Shown here piece by piece: positions 12,237-25,813 of a stretch of DNA of 64,000 nucleotides. This stretch comes from Mobula hypostoma (taxonomy: Eukaryota): the NCBI RefSeq assembly GCF_963921235.1, contig NC_086097.1, positions 123,134,001 through 123,198,000 on the forward strand, written 5' to 3'. The notes under the pieces are model-generated. The model ran no database searches. It was not told the DNA's origin and saw nothing but the letters and a program-made list of their open reading frames with translations. The position numbers were made by a program, and so were the translations under genes. Position 1 is the first letter of the stretch. The number at the start of each line of letters is the position of its first letter.

Positions 12237-13307
12237 CAGCATGGAACCTAATAATATTGAAGAGTCTGAGCCAATAACTGGTGAAGGAGCCGAAAATTAT
12301 GTGTAGTTCCAGGTTTGGCAGTGGAGCAGAGAATAGTGACTTCTGTCTTCTCAGTATTTAGCTGTAGGACATCTAAGATGAACAAGAAGCTTAGCCAACC
12401 TGAGTATGTACAGTGGTGTGTACAAGCCAAGTGCTTCAGGTAACCATACAGAAGTTCACACCTTTGCTGATGACACAAGAGTAGATGGAAGGGTATGATG
12501 GAATGAGGATATCTGGATTCTGGAACAGGATGGGTTAAAGTGTCGGTGAAAACATGGTGAACAGGGTTGATGTGGGAAAATGTGAGGTCATAAGAGAAAT
12601 CAAAAGAAAGCCTTATCTAAATGGACAGACATGTCAAAAGTGAGTTTATGGCAGATGGGTCTAGGTCACAGAGTCATAAAGCATTACAGCACAGAAACAA
12701 GCCCTTCGGCCTATCTGGTCTATGCTAAATTATGATTCTGCTTTGTCCTGTTGACCCACACTTGGATCATAGTTATACATTCCCCTCCCATCCATGCACT
12801 TATCCAAACTTCTCTTTAATGTTGAAATCGAACCCACTTCCATCGCTGGCGCTGGCAGCTCACTTCACACTTGCACCACCCTCTAAGTGAAGAAGATCCC
12901 CTCAGTCCAGAAAGACCTATTAACTTAACTTATGGAATGAGAGAGTTGTCCTTAAATGAATAGTTAATTGGCTAGAGTTGTGTTCTTTGGAGTTTAGAAG
13001 AAAAATAGTTGATCATATTTAAACATATAAAATCCTACAGGAGCCAACAGAGATGTCAAGAAGTTTCCACCACTGGAAGAGGGGACATAGTCAGAAGGTA
13101 GGAGAGTGGCCATTTAAAATTGAGATGCATGAGAATTTCTTCTCTCAGAGGGTGATGGATCTCTGGCATTCTCTTTCCCATAAGGCTGTGGGGGCTGGAT
13201 CACTGTATTTGAAAAGGATGTATGATAGGAATAGCAGAAGAATTGAGGCCTGGATGATATTGAATCGCAGGACAGCTTGAGGAGAATTGGCTTATTCATC
13301 CCTATAA

Positions 13308-15372
13308 ATGTCTAAAAAACATCAAACCATTGTCTCCCGTACCATCACCGCCCTTACCGACTCCGGAGACCTTCCAACCTCAGCCACTAAACTCATAATT
13401 CCCACACCCCGTACCGCTCGGTTTTACCTCCTCCCCAAGATCCACAAGCCTGACTGTCCCGGTAGACCGATAGTTTCTGCCTGCTCCTGTCCCACTGAAC
13501 TTGTATCTGCCTACCTGGGCTCCATTTTGTCACCCATAGTTCAGTCCCTCCCCACCTACATCCGGGATACATCCCATGCCCTCCACCTCTTCAATAACTT
13601 CCAGTTCCCCGGCCCCAACCGCTTCAGTTTCACTTGGATGTCCAATCCCTATACACCTCCACTCCCCTTCAAGAAGGCCTCAAAGTCCTCCGCTACTTTC
13701 TGGATAATAGACCTCACCAGTTCCCCACCACCACTACCCTCCTCCGGTTGGTGGAACTGGTTCTCACACTCAATAACTTCTCTTTTGGCTCTTCCCACTT
13801 TCTTCAGACCAAGGGTGAAGCTATGGGAACTCGCATGGGCCCTAGCTATGCCTGCCTCTTCATTGGTTATGTGGAACAGTCTGTGCTCCAAACCTATTCT
13901 GGTACTGCTCCCCAACTTTTCCTTCGGTACATTGACGACTACATTGGTGCTGCTTCCTGCACCCATGCTGAGCTCACCAATTCTATCAACTTTACTTCTA
14001 ACTTCCACCCAGCCCTCAAATTCACTTGGTCTATCTCAGACACTTCTCTCCCCTTTCTCGATCTCTCGGTCTCCATCTCTGGAGACAGACTGTCCACTGA
14101 CATCTTCTACAAGCCCACTGACTCTCATAACTACCTCAACTATACCTCTTCCCACCCCGCCACATGCAAAAATGCCATTCCCTATTCCCAGTTCCTCCGT
14201 CCCCGCTGCATCTGCTCTGAGGATGAGGTTTTCCATTCCAGGACATCTCAAATGTCCTCTTTCTTTAAGGATCGTGGTTTCCCTTCTGCTGTCATCAATA
14301 ATACCCTCACCCGCATCTCCTCCATTTCCTGCACTTTGGCTCTCACCCCATCCTCCTGCCACCACAACAGGGACAGAGTTCTCCTTGTCCTCACCTACCA
14401 CCTCACCAGCCTCCGGATCCAGCACATTATCCTCCGCAACTTCCTCCATCTTCAACAGGACCCCACCACTAAGGACATCTTTCCCTCTCCACCGCTCTCC
14501 GCTTTCCACAGGGATCGGTCCCTCCACGACTCCCTGGTCCACACGTCCCGCCCCGCGGATCTCCCACCCGGCACTTGTCCCTGTAAGCGCAAGTGCTACA
14601 CCTGTCCCTACACCTCCTCCCTTGCCACCATTCAGGGCCCCAAACAGTCCTTCCAAGTGAGGCAACACTTCACTTGTGAGTCTGTTGGGGTCATCTACTG
14701 CATCCAGTGCTCCCAGTGCGGCCTCCTCTACATCGGTGAAACCCGACGCAGATTGGGGGACTGCTTCATCGAGCACCTCTGCTCCGTCCGCCACAACAGA
14801 CAGGATCTTCCAGTAGCCACCCACTTCAACTCTGCTTCCCATTCCCATTCAGATATGTCCATACATGGCCTCCTCTACTGCCATGATGAGGCTAAACTCA
14901 GGTTAGAGGAGCAGCACCTCATATACCATCTAGGTAGTCTCCAGCCTCTTGGTATGAACATGAATTCTCCAACTTCCGGTAATTCTCTTCCCCCCACCCC
15001 CCCATCCCTATGTCACTCTGCCCCCTCCCCCAGCTGCCTATCACCTCCCTCATGGTTCCGCCTCCTTCTACTACCCATTGTGTTTTCCCCTATTCCTTCT
15101 TCACCTTTCCTGCCTATCATCTCCCTGCTTCCCCTCCCCCACCCCTTTATCTTTACCCTTACTGGTTTTTCACCTGCAAGCTACCAGCCTTCGCCTTCCC
15201 ACCCTCCCCCCACCTTCTTTATAGGGCCTCTGACCCTTCCCCCTACAGTCCTGACGAAGGGTTCCAGCCCGAAACGTCAACCGATCTTTTCCACGGATGC
15301 TGCCTGACCTGCTGAGTTCCTCCGGCGCGTTGTGAGTGTTGCTTTGACCCCAGCATCTGCAGATTATTTTGT
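13308..15372 (+). mobile_element. Penelope-like retroelement (RT + GIY-YIG endonuclease, probably Neptune-type), 5'-truncated
   Basis: FYLLPKIHK…GRPIVS (13308 frame), frameshift into ORF 13634: DVQSLYT, GEAMGTRMGPSYACLF, RYIDD, Cys linker CPCKRKCYTC, VIYCIQCSQCGLLYIGETRRRL…EH…VATHF. Followed by a pyrimidine-rich 3' region and a pLTR end. Confidence 0.92.
15246..15283 (+). ncRNA. Minimal hammerhead ribozyme motif (core intact, stem I degraded)
   Basis: CAGUC-CUGACGA-AGGGUUCCAGCCC-GAAA-CGUC^AACCG; stem II GGG/CCC. Confidence 0.55.
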
Positions 15373-16883
15373 GAGGAAGGTAGACAGATAGACGGACAGA
15401 CAGGTAGGCAGAGAGACAAATATACATACAGATAGATGGATAGATAGACGGCAAGATAAAATTATGTTGTAGAGTCCTTGAAAGTGAGTCTATAGGTTGT
15501 GGAGTTAGTTGAGCTTTAAAGTGAGTTCTTGTGTTAGTGCTAAGAGATGTGTTGCCTTAGGCAGAAGTAGAGTGTTGAAAATGGATTAGCGGAAGCGTCT
15601 GAAGGTAAAACTGCCAGGGTACAGTCTTCAAGAAGTTTAACGGAGTTGGAAAACGAAAGAAAATGAATATTCTTAAGAAAACAATTGCTGCTCTGAGGAG
15701 GAATAATATGTCAGAGATATCAACTATTGAAACTGTATACTTTAAACGAAGGTAAAAAGAAATGCGATATTAAATTGTTTTATTTACTATAGTTCTCATT
15801 ACATGTGGATTGAGATAAAGAATTACAATTATGAAGGGGAGGAATTTCACCTAGTTAGTCTAGCACTAACTGGAACACAGAAAGCAGACATTTCTTGAAA
15901 CAAATTCAGAAGATTTTTCTTCAAACAGAACATAGCAAGAGCAGTGGTGCTGTACTCAGTTTTAGGAATTAACCAAAGCAAACTTAAGAGTGGTGGCAGC
16001 AAAACCTTTCGGAGGCAGCAATTATAATACTATTTGATTTTATATAACATTTCAACAATGGGATAAGGCCAATTATACCTGACTAAAGTATTTAAAAGAA
16101 AATGAGAAACAGCTACTTGAAGTTAAATGGGAGTCAAATTGTGGGAAAGTATTTGAAAACAAAATAGTGAAAGCAAAAATGGTCTTCCTAAATAGGGGAA
16201 GCTCACAAACCTAGGCCTTCATGGATGTTGGAAACATGGAAGGGGGTAAGGCAAACCAAAGGGAAACTTCTGACAAAAACCAACAGCATGCCACTACAGC
16301 AATTAGGAAAGCGAAAAGGGATAATGAAAAAAAAATTATACATGAATAAGTGAGGGAAAGAGGATAACAAAAGAAAGAGCAGGCACATTTGAGAGGAAAG
16401 CCATGGCCCGTGGAAGGTGAAAGACTTGCATGCTTCCAAATAATACTTTGCAGCTGTCTTCAAGAAGGTAAGGGGTCACATACAGTAGACCCCTACTCCT
16501 TTTACTCCTACTGTTCTCCTCACCAGCTCATCAACTCCCTCAGTCGTCCCTTTTCCCTTTCCTCCACGGTCTCTGATTAGTGTAAGTGTCAAAGGTTACA
16601 GGAAGAAGGCAGGAGAATGAGGTTGAGGGAGATATATAAAAAAAATCACCCATGATGGAATGGCGGAGTAGATGTGATGGGGCTCCTATGTCCTATAGTC
16701 CTATGGACTTTGTGGGTTCTGATGAGGTCAATATTGAACTTGCAGATTCTTCCACAAATGAGGCAAAATGTGCTTGATGGAATAGGCAGGTGAGATGATG
16801 CACTTTCAAATAAAGTCTCAAATGCTCCTTCTCCAAATTGTACCAGAAATTCCCAAGAATCAGAGGGAATGTTGATATTTTTC

Positions 16884-19800
16884 TTCTTTTTTATTTTATT
16901 TTTATTTGGATAAGGTATTCACAAGTATTATACAAACTTTTATTTTACATGTATAACCTTTTCCATTTTTTATAATATGTATAAATCTATAACTATTTAT
17001 ACATTCACACGTACACATTGAAATGATATAAAAAGTAATTAGGTGCTTAAATAGATAATTATGTGCAGTTGTAATTCCACTTTATTAGACTAAGAAATGA
17101 TAATGGTTGTTAAAAAAAGTAATAACAGTGGTTGAATAATAATTTCCATGTATCTCTTCTGGTCCATTTCTTTCTGGTCCAAAATATTGTATGTAGCCCT
17201 ATGTAACTTCCATCGTAGGTGTTTATATATTAACTCATTCATGTTTGCTCCTACCTACAAACATACTTATCCAATCCCTACGTACAAACGTACTTATTTA
17301 CTTCATTTTATCATATTTTTTTCCTTTCCCAAATCTTTTCCTTTACTTGTGTTAATTTCCCATTTTCCAAAAAAGAACAGTAAACATTCGAACCAAGGGT
17401 GCTTACATTAACACTATTACTATGTTGATGAGGAAAGCAGTATAAACCATTAGGAGAGTCGTCTAAAGTCTGCTCACTCACTTTGGAGTTATGAACTCAA
17501 TCCTTTTATTCCAAATTTGATAAAATTTTTCTTTTTGAATTCTCAGTGAGTAAGTCATCTTTTCCATTTTAAATATTTCCAAAATAATTTCATGCCAATC
17601 TTCTAATGTAGGTGATATCGGATTTAGCCACTTTCTGGTGATTGATTTCTTACTTGCCGCTAAAAGAGCCTGCAGAAGCTTTATATCTTTGTTCTGTTCC
17701 AAAAACAATACATGCTCCAAATAGAGAGTCTCAAAGTTCAGAGGTATCTGGGTCTTAAATACCTTAACTAATGTTCTGTGTATACCTTTCCAATATAAAC
17801 TTAATTTAGGGCAATCTCAAAAAATATGGAAATGATTTGCCTCCTTGGAGCCACGCCTTCTCCAACACGCCAAGTTTGTGTCTTTATATTTTTCCTTGTA
17901 TGGGGTCTTGATGTATCTTATAATATTTTTCTTACAATGTTCTCTCCAATTCAAAGAGTTAGTCGAAGACCACTGACAGCTGCATATTTTCCGCCAAGCC
18001 TCCTCTGAAAGTACCAACCCCGCTTCTTTCTCCCACTTCTCTTTAATATACAATGTGTTTTCATTTTTGGCATGAAAGAGGGCATTATTTAATTGATAAA
18101 TTGATTTATTTGGTATTGAACTGTAAGCAAAATTCAGAATCTTGAAAAATTCTAATTCTACTGTTGGTAAGTTGTATATCTACAACTCTGGTTAACATAG
18201 TGTCATACTTGAAGGTACCTAAAAAAGTCATGTGTTCTAGGTCATGTTTGTCCTGCAGGGATTGAAAACTTCATAATACTCTTTTATGTGTGAATGAGAG
18301 GTAGGTTGTAAGACCTTTCTTTACCCATAGTTCAAATCTTTTATCTCCTCTGCTGGGAAGAAATTCGGTATCATATGGACACCATCTGAAAAGTTTTAAT
18401 ATGTTATTGATTCCACATGAATTAGCCACCTCTGCCATACTTTTAATGTGAGATTTATCCAGCTGTTTTTAAACTTTTCCAATTGGGCCATCAATCCTTT
18501 ATCTGCTATTGAGGCCTGTAGAGGAAAACTGTCAACCAATCCAAATTCTATTTCCTTCCATCTAGCCTTATATTCCCTATTACACCAATATAACAGAGGG
18601 GTTATCTGTGAAGCAAAAAAATAATTTCTCCAGCAAGGAAGTGCCATACCTCCTCCTTCCTTCCCTAACTGTAAGGTGCTAAATCGGATTCTTGGTTTCT
18701 TTCCTTGCCAGATAAAGTGGGAAATCCATTTGTCTCATTCCCTGAATTGATTATCATCCACGTCCACAGGTAAAGTCCGGAAAAGATACAGTAACTGAGG
18801 GAGGATATTCATTTTTATGGTATTCATCCTTGAATTTAAACTTAAAAAGTGGTTAAGATTCCATCTATGTATATCTGCTTTTATCTCTGAAATTAATGGC
18901 CCATAATTTACCTGTGACAACGTTGAAAGATCCTTTGACAGGGTTATTCCTAAATATTTTAATGATTTAGCTTCCCACTTAAGATCATATGTATCCTGCA
19001 GTTTTTTGGATGTTGTATAATTTAGGGACATAACCTGTGTTTTCTTTACATTAATTTTATAACCTGATATTTTCCCAAACTCATCCAACAGTGTAAACAA
19101 TCCTGTAAATGATTTTGCTAGTTTACTCAGATAGACTAAAACGTCATCTACGAATACCACCACCTTCTGTTCAATTCCTGCCACCTTGATACCCTTTACA
19201 ATTTCGCTCTAGTTGGGCAAGAGGTTCAATATATATGCAAAAAAGAGAGGAGAAATTGGGCATCCCTGTCTATTTCCTCTCTCTAAAGTAAAGGAGTCTG
19301 AGAGGTCCCAATTTATCTTAATTTGAGCTGTAGGGCTGTCATATAAAGTCTGGATTACTTTAATAAACTTTTCTTGAAAGCCGAATCTTCTTAACACTCT
19401 GTATAGGAATACCCAACTAACTGAATCAAAAGCTTTCTCAGCATCTAATCCCACTACCATTGTCCCATTCTTAGTAACCTGTTCTAGTATGTGTAAAGTT
19501 CTCCTTACGTTGCCCTGAGTTTGTCTTTGTCGAATAAATCCAGTCTGATCTAAGTGGATGAGGCCAGGTAGAAGCTTTTGTAGTCTGTGCGCTAATAAAG
19601 ATGTAAATAATATGTAATCCAAATTTTAAGAACGCTCACTGGCCAGTAATTACCACATTCTAGTTTATCTTTACCCTCTTTAGGAATAACTGAAATAATC
19701 CTATTTATTTCGGGGGAGAAGATGGCGGCGCAATGGCAGCACGTGCGGCCACTTCGGTGGTGATGTCTGTTATCTGTCAAGTAGGGGACTGTGCACAATC

Positions 19801-22800
19801 CTGATTTGATGGAGACAGACATGAAAGCATGGAGGAACATCTGGAAAACTTCTGAAATGCCCGCTTCACTGCCACTGCTACTGCATGGTATCCAGAATCT
19901 CAGGAGTTGAAGGACCCAAAATCTTCGGCTTTGCATGTTTCAACGGCCAGAGAGAGGTCAAAGGCGCTCGGGAGGCTGTATCGGAGAGGCTGGTCGGAAG
20001 CTCGAAGTTTCCGGACGGATGGACTCAGTGTCGGCTGTGGTTGGCTGTTTCCAAGGTATCGGCAAGTTGACGGTGCCTGGAGGTTTATGGCAGGGAGTTT
20101 CTCCCTTCTGCCGCCTATCGGGGACTCGGAAGTTGATCGACTCGGAACTTTGAGACTTTTTTTTTTACTGTGTCCATGGTCTGTTCTTCATCAAATTATG
20201 GTATTGCTTCACACTGCTGTAACTATATGTTATAGTTATGTGGTTCTGTCAGTGTTAATCTTTGGTCTGTCCTGTTTTCTGTGATATCACTCGGAGAAAC
20301 ATTGTATCATTTCTTAATGCATGTATGCATTTCTAAATGACAATAAAAGAGGACTGAGTGTTCTCATAGTCTAATCTAATCGCTTCTCTCCATGAAGGTG
20401 GAATTTCTCCTCTCTGTAAGATCCAATTGAAGGTGTTAAGTAATAATGGGGCTAACTGTGACTTCAGCGATTTGTACCACTCTGAGGTAAACCCATCAGA
20501 GCCTGGAGACTTTCTGGCCTTTAAACTAGAGATGGCCGCGTTCAGTTCTTTGGCAGTTACTGGTTCTAATTGGCATTCATTTTGTAAATCTGTGTGTTTG
20601 GGTAGATCTAAAGAATTCAGGAAAGTGTCTATATAAGGTTCATTGGAGGCCCAGGGTTGAGAGTATAGCCCTTGATAATATGTTTCAAAACTCTCTTGAA
20701 TTTTCCCTATTGTACTCTCTGCAAGCTTTGTTTCTGGATTCTTTATTTTATGAATTGTACTGTCTGCTTGTTGATAATGTAATTTATATGCTAATAATCC
20801 AGCTGATTTATGTCCTACTTCATAATTCTTTTGTCTCAGGTAAAGAAATCTTCTTTGAGTTTCCAATGTATAAATATAATCAATTTCACTTTGCAATTTC
20901 TTAATTTCCTGTTTTAAATTAGAATTAATTTTGTTGCTCTCTACAACTTGAAGTTGTTTTAATTTTCCTTGAAGGTCTGCTAATCTTTGTGCATTGATTT
21001 TTTTCATGTGAGTGGTAATGGAAATAATTTTTCCTCTCAGTACAGCTTTCAATGTATCCCATAAGATCACTGGTGATGTTTCTCCCATGTCATTAAGGTC
21101 TAGGTATTCTTTGATTTCTTCCCTTAATCTCTCCATTACTTTCGGGTTATTGAGTATATGTGAATTTAACCTCCATAGTGTTTTCCTCATTTTCCTTTCC
21201 AGGATTGGAGACATAGAGACTGGGCTATGATCCAACAGATCAACTGTTGCAATATTACAGTCTTTTATCCTGAGTCTATCTATGTTAAATATAAAAAAAA
21301 GTCTATCCTTGAAAAACTGAATGAGGGAAAAAATAATGTGTATAGTCTTTACTAGCAGGGTGTAATTCCCTCCATACATCTACAGTTTGTATAATTCCCA
21401 ACTCCTCCATCAATGAATTCACTTTCCTAGTCAGAGGTTTATTCTGAGTAACTGTTGTTGAAGAATCTAATGCAGGATTTAACCTAATATTATAATCCCC
21501 TCCACAGATTACTACCCCTTTAGAACTGACCATTAGGTCAAAAATGTGTCTATAGAATGACCATTCACAACCTGGTCGAGCATAAACATTCAACAATGTT
21601 ATTTCAGTACCTTCTATTCTTCCTGTAATTTTTACAAATCGTCCATCCTTATCCTTAGTCTCTGAAATATGTTCATAATTAAGAGCACTTGATATTAAAG
21701 TAGCTACCCCTCTTTTGTGGCTCAATTTATATGATAAATAAAATACATGCTTAAAGCCCATTCTTTTTAATTTTGTATGTTTGGATTGGCTCATGTGTGT
21801 TTCCTGAAGGAAAGCTATTTGTGTCCTCTTTTTTTTCAATTTAGACATAATCTTATTTCTTTTAATTGGATTCAAAAACTCATTAACATTATAGGAAATT
21901 ATTTTTACCAATAGAGAAAAAACACTCTCCTTTTCTAAACATACAGTAAGCAATCCCTTCTCAACAGTAAATCAGAATATAAAACCCCACCCTAGACATT
22001 TTTGAACGTATAACATTTGAAGATTTTCCCTGACTTCCGACAGTGAGGCCTGAGCACCGACCCGCCTCAGCTCGGAGGGATAACCTCTATCTTCACCCCG
22101 TGTTAGAGGGCCCTCCACAGTATGAACTATCATAGAGAATTCTCTTTTTATGTCTCCACCATATTGCTATCATTCAAGTTATTCCGTCTGGTTTATTTTC
22201 AGTTACCAGCTTTCATTTTACCTTTAAGTCCGATTTACTTTTTCCAGTCATTTCTCTTTAATTAATCTATACTCTCTGTAAGTTGGCATCTGAATATTTG
22301 CAGCTTTTCCTTGTAGTTTGACAATCTGGTTGGAGTGGAGCGTCCTCGCCACACTGGCTGCCACGACTTCTGCCGAATCCTCTCCAGTAACGGCTCCGGT
22401 TGGGTGATAACTTTTATGGGTAGTCCCCGGTCCGCCAGGTCCGACGTTGCCTCTTCCACTGTAGCGTAGGTTTTTGTCCCTTCATCGTAAAAGACTCTTA
22501 GCCGAGCTGGATACAGGGTCTGGAATCTGATGTTGTTTTCTTTCAGGACCCGCCATGCCTCCGCGTATTCCTTCCGTCTGGCAAGGATCCCTGGTGCGTA
22601 ATCGTGGTCTAAACTGATTTTACAGTTGTTCCACATAAAGCTTTTCTTTTGTCATGCCTGTTTAAGCACCTCTTCCTTCGTTCTGTAACTGAGAAATCTG
22701 ACTAGAATCGATCTGGACTGGGTGCCTGCCAGGAGCTGTGGTGCTAATGTGCAGTGGGCCCTTTCTATCTGTAGGTCTTTTGCGTCTGGTATGTCAAGGC

Positions 22801-23385
22801 TCTCTCTAAGCAGCTTCTCTACAAAGGGAATCACCAATCTGGGCTTACCTTCAACTCCTTCAGGAACTCCATAGATCCTCACATTTTCCCTTCTTGAGCG
22901 GCCGTCTTGGTCTATTAGCTTCCACTGGAGCTGCTCTTGTAGCTTTTAGCATTTCTGCTATCACTTCCTCTGCGTTTTGCAGCCTCTCCTCAGCCCCTAT
23001 AATCCTCATTTCGGCTTCGTCTAACCTCAAATTAGTTTTTACTATTTCTCCTTTAATATCTTCCAGCTGTTTGTTGTTATCTTGTCGGAACTCACAAATC
23101 TCTCTGAGAATCAAAGTCAGATTCACTGATTCTTCCTCAATACCTCCATCCTGGCTAGCCATGGGGGAGCTAGGCCCCTTGTCTTGCTGTGTCTCTTTGT
23201 ATTTATCAGCCTTCTGAGTGGACTTTTTATTCTTGTTCTTAGACATTATCCTTGCCCCTTTTATTGATATAGTTATACAATACTAACCGTTGGTCTAATT
23301 TCGACTTTGGGGCAGTTTACCTTCTTTCTTGTCGAGAGACCTCTCCCTACGCCGCCATTCCCTTGATGACCCGGAAGGCCTCCCC
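16884..23385 (-). mobile_element. Full-length decayed L1-clade LINE (ORF1 + EN/RT ORF2)
   Basis: 19-bp TSD gggaatgttgata(t/c)ttttc at 16865-16883 and 23386-23404. ORF1 pieces 22262-23246 (RIYGVPEG, IERAH, YPARLRV); APE endonuclease 21303-21953 (FLQETH, GGDYN); RT 18735-19622 (LDAEKAFD, RQGCPISP, FVDD); C-terminal Cys/His; A-rich tail. Multiple frameshifts. Confidence 0.93.
19701..20381 (+). mobile_element. Non-autonomous retroelement inserted in L1 ORF2
   Basis: Removing it restores …PPSWREAI|ISVIPKEGKDK…; TAATC at both junctions; 5' GGGGGAGAAGATGGCGGCG; 3' aatgacaataaa…ctaatctaatc tail. Confidence 0.8.
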
Positions 23386-23924
23386 GGGAATGTTGATACT
23401 TTTCAAGGTTTTGAGCATTTGTACGGCGAGCAGTTCAAGAAAGACGTGATGAAGATAGAAAAGTAGCAGAACAAATTCACAAGGATGGGGAGGCACAATA
23501 GCGTAGCGGTTAGTGTAAGACTATTATAGCACCAGTGACTGGGGTTCCAGTCCCACTGCTGCCTGCAAGAAGTATGAATGTTCTCCCTGTAATAACATGA
23601 GTTTCCTCCAGGTGCTCTGGTTTTCTGTCAAAGATGTATGGGTTAGCAGGTTAATTGGTTGCATGGGTGTAATTAGGAGGCATGGGTACTTTGGGACGGT
23701 AGGGTCTCTAACCGTGCTGTATATGACAAGATGCTGCACTTGATGCTACCAAACAAGATAAGAGACCATTGTATTACAGGAAGGATACAAGCATGGATGG
23801 AAGATTGGCTGACTGGCAGGAGGCAAGGAGTGAGAATAGAGGGGGCCTTTTCTGGCTGGCTGCTTATGTTCAATGGGGATTGGTTTTGGGACAGCTTCTT
23901 TTCATATTGTAAGTCAATGATTTG

Positions 23925-24356
23925 AACAACGTCGTAAATCAGCACGTTGTTTGTTATGTTTCCTCTCTCGCTGTGAAGTGCAGACACCTCTTTTTCCCTT
24001 TGGGGGGGAGGAGAGAGAGAGAGAGCGCGGGGAAGCGCCTGTGGTATGTCGAACTACCGGGTGAACGAGTAGTCTTTGGGGTACTGCAAGTCTGTGTTTT
24101 TATTGATGCTTTGCTGCACACTTGAGTGCTCGGTGGGGGGGGGGGCGCCGATGCTTTTTTGCTGGTGGGGAGGGGGGTCATTGCTTTGCTGCTGCTTGTG
24201 CATGGGAAGGGGGAGCTGGGGGGCTTTGGGGTTCTAACACTTAACTATCATTCATTCTTTGGGGCACTTCTCTGTTTTCATGGATGTTTGAGAAGAAAAA
24301 GAATTTCAGGATGTATATTGTATATATTTCTCTGACATTAAATGTACCTATTGAAA
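23925..24356 (+). mobile_element. 5'-truncated copy of a non-coding retroposon family (also 26650-27237, 29585-30273, 42341-43155)
   Basis: Shared blocks gagcctgtggtatgtcgaataccgggtgaacgagtagtc and 3' end tttctctgacattaaat…cct(a/t)ttg. Confidence 0.75.
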
Positions 24357-25679
24357 CAAAATTGATGGAATACATTGGGCCGAATAGCCTAATTTGCTCC
24401 TATATCTTATTATTTTACATTCTTATGGTATCTCTAAATTAGATAAAATTATGATTGGAGGGCATGTTGGAAAGAGAGATTAAATAGGCTGGTTCTGTTT
24501 TCCTTGAAGCAAAGGAGACTGAGAGGTGACATGATAGAAGTATGTCAAATTATCAGAGCCCCAAATAGGATAGAATCAGATCCCCCTGGTAGGGGTGTCT
24601 AGGACGAGAGGGCACAGGTTTAAGGTGAGGGGGAGGAGCTTTAAAGGGGATCTGAGGGTTAGATTTTTATCACAAGGAGATAGTATATAGAATGAGCTGC
24701 AAGGGGAGGTGGTGAAGACAGCGGTAGTAACAAATTTAAGAGCGATATGGACTGGTACTTGGATAAACAGGGCATAGAGACGTAGGGAATTAATGGCACA
24801 TGTATGGGATAAAAATAGAGGGCTATGTAGGATGGAAGGGTTAGATTGATCCTAGAATAGGTTAAAAACTTGGCACAACTTCATGGGCTGATGAACCTGT
24901 ACCAGGCTGTAATACTCTTCTATGTCCTAAAGCAACCAATTAGGATTAGTATAGACTGGCATGATAGTCGGTGGGCTGATGGGCCTGTTTCTATGTTCTC
25001 GATGCTCTCTGTCCACAAGGGGTCACTGATATTTATTCCTGTGAATTTCGAGTATTTTGGGTGTTGAAAACAGAGTTGATGGGGCATGGGGATAATGTCC
25101 TTCCAGACAGTGGCGTGAATCAAACCCCAATCAGACAGACGGTTGCTGTGCCTTCCCAGCTACGTCACCATGTCACCCTCACAGTCCTATATTATGACAC
25201 AGTATTGAGTTCTAGTAATTATATAACAAAATTAATTTCTATTATTGATGAAATCACAATGTATAATTTTACCACTAAAAACATAGTAAGAAGATTGTTT
25301 AGGGTTTATTTACAAATATATGGCAGTTTATATTGTGATGGCAACAACTGGAAAATTATTATTCAAATCAACACAGGATGATTGAGTAGAATGCCAAATC
25401 CGAATTCACTGTCCTAATCTGATGGTATGTGCTTCAACATCTCCTTCCGGATAATTGCACAGGTTTGATAGCAGCTTGATATCAGATTATGTACCCAGCC
25501 AGGCATGATTGGAGTTACAGTATAAGTTCATGAAACTCAATTATCTCCTTTCCTCCTGCTACAATTTGGTTTAAGATACTCAGGGGAGCTATATCCAAAC
25601 ATCCTTTGTCCTTTCATTGCTTAGGTTAGTCCAGTTTCAATGTCAATGCATGTCCAAGTCTGATGGGATCAATATTATA

Positions 25680-25813
25680 AACACAAGAGATCCTGCAGAT
25701 GCTGAAAATCCCAAGTAACACACAAAATGCTGGAGGAACTCAACAGGTCAGGCAGCATCTATGGAGAGGAATAAAGAGCTGATGTTTTGGGCAGTGATCC
25801 TTCATCAGGACGG
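25680..25813 (-). mobile_element. Penelope pLTR terminal fragment with decayed hammerhead
   Basis: Minus strand gtc-CTGATGA-aggatcactgccc-AAAACATC…; same terminal sequence as 15300-15372. Confidence 0.65.

Noticed and set aside
13308..14660. 450-aa ORF as a standalone Ser/Pro-rich protein
   Set aside because: Only the first ~105 aa are Penelope RT; the rest is an off-frame read after a frameshift.
14036..14848. 270-aa antisense ORF (and similar ones opposite the second PLE and the Gypsy)
   Set aside because: Shadow ORFs caused by the C-rich/GC-rich bias of the sense TE frames; no recognisable domain.
15540..16460. A-rich segment with LINE-like composition
   Set aside because: Probably a very old CR1-type ORF2 remnant, but no motif is readable with confidence.
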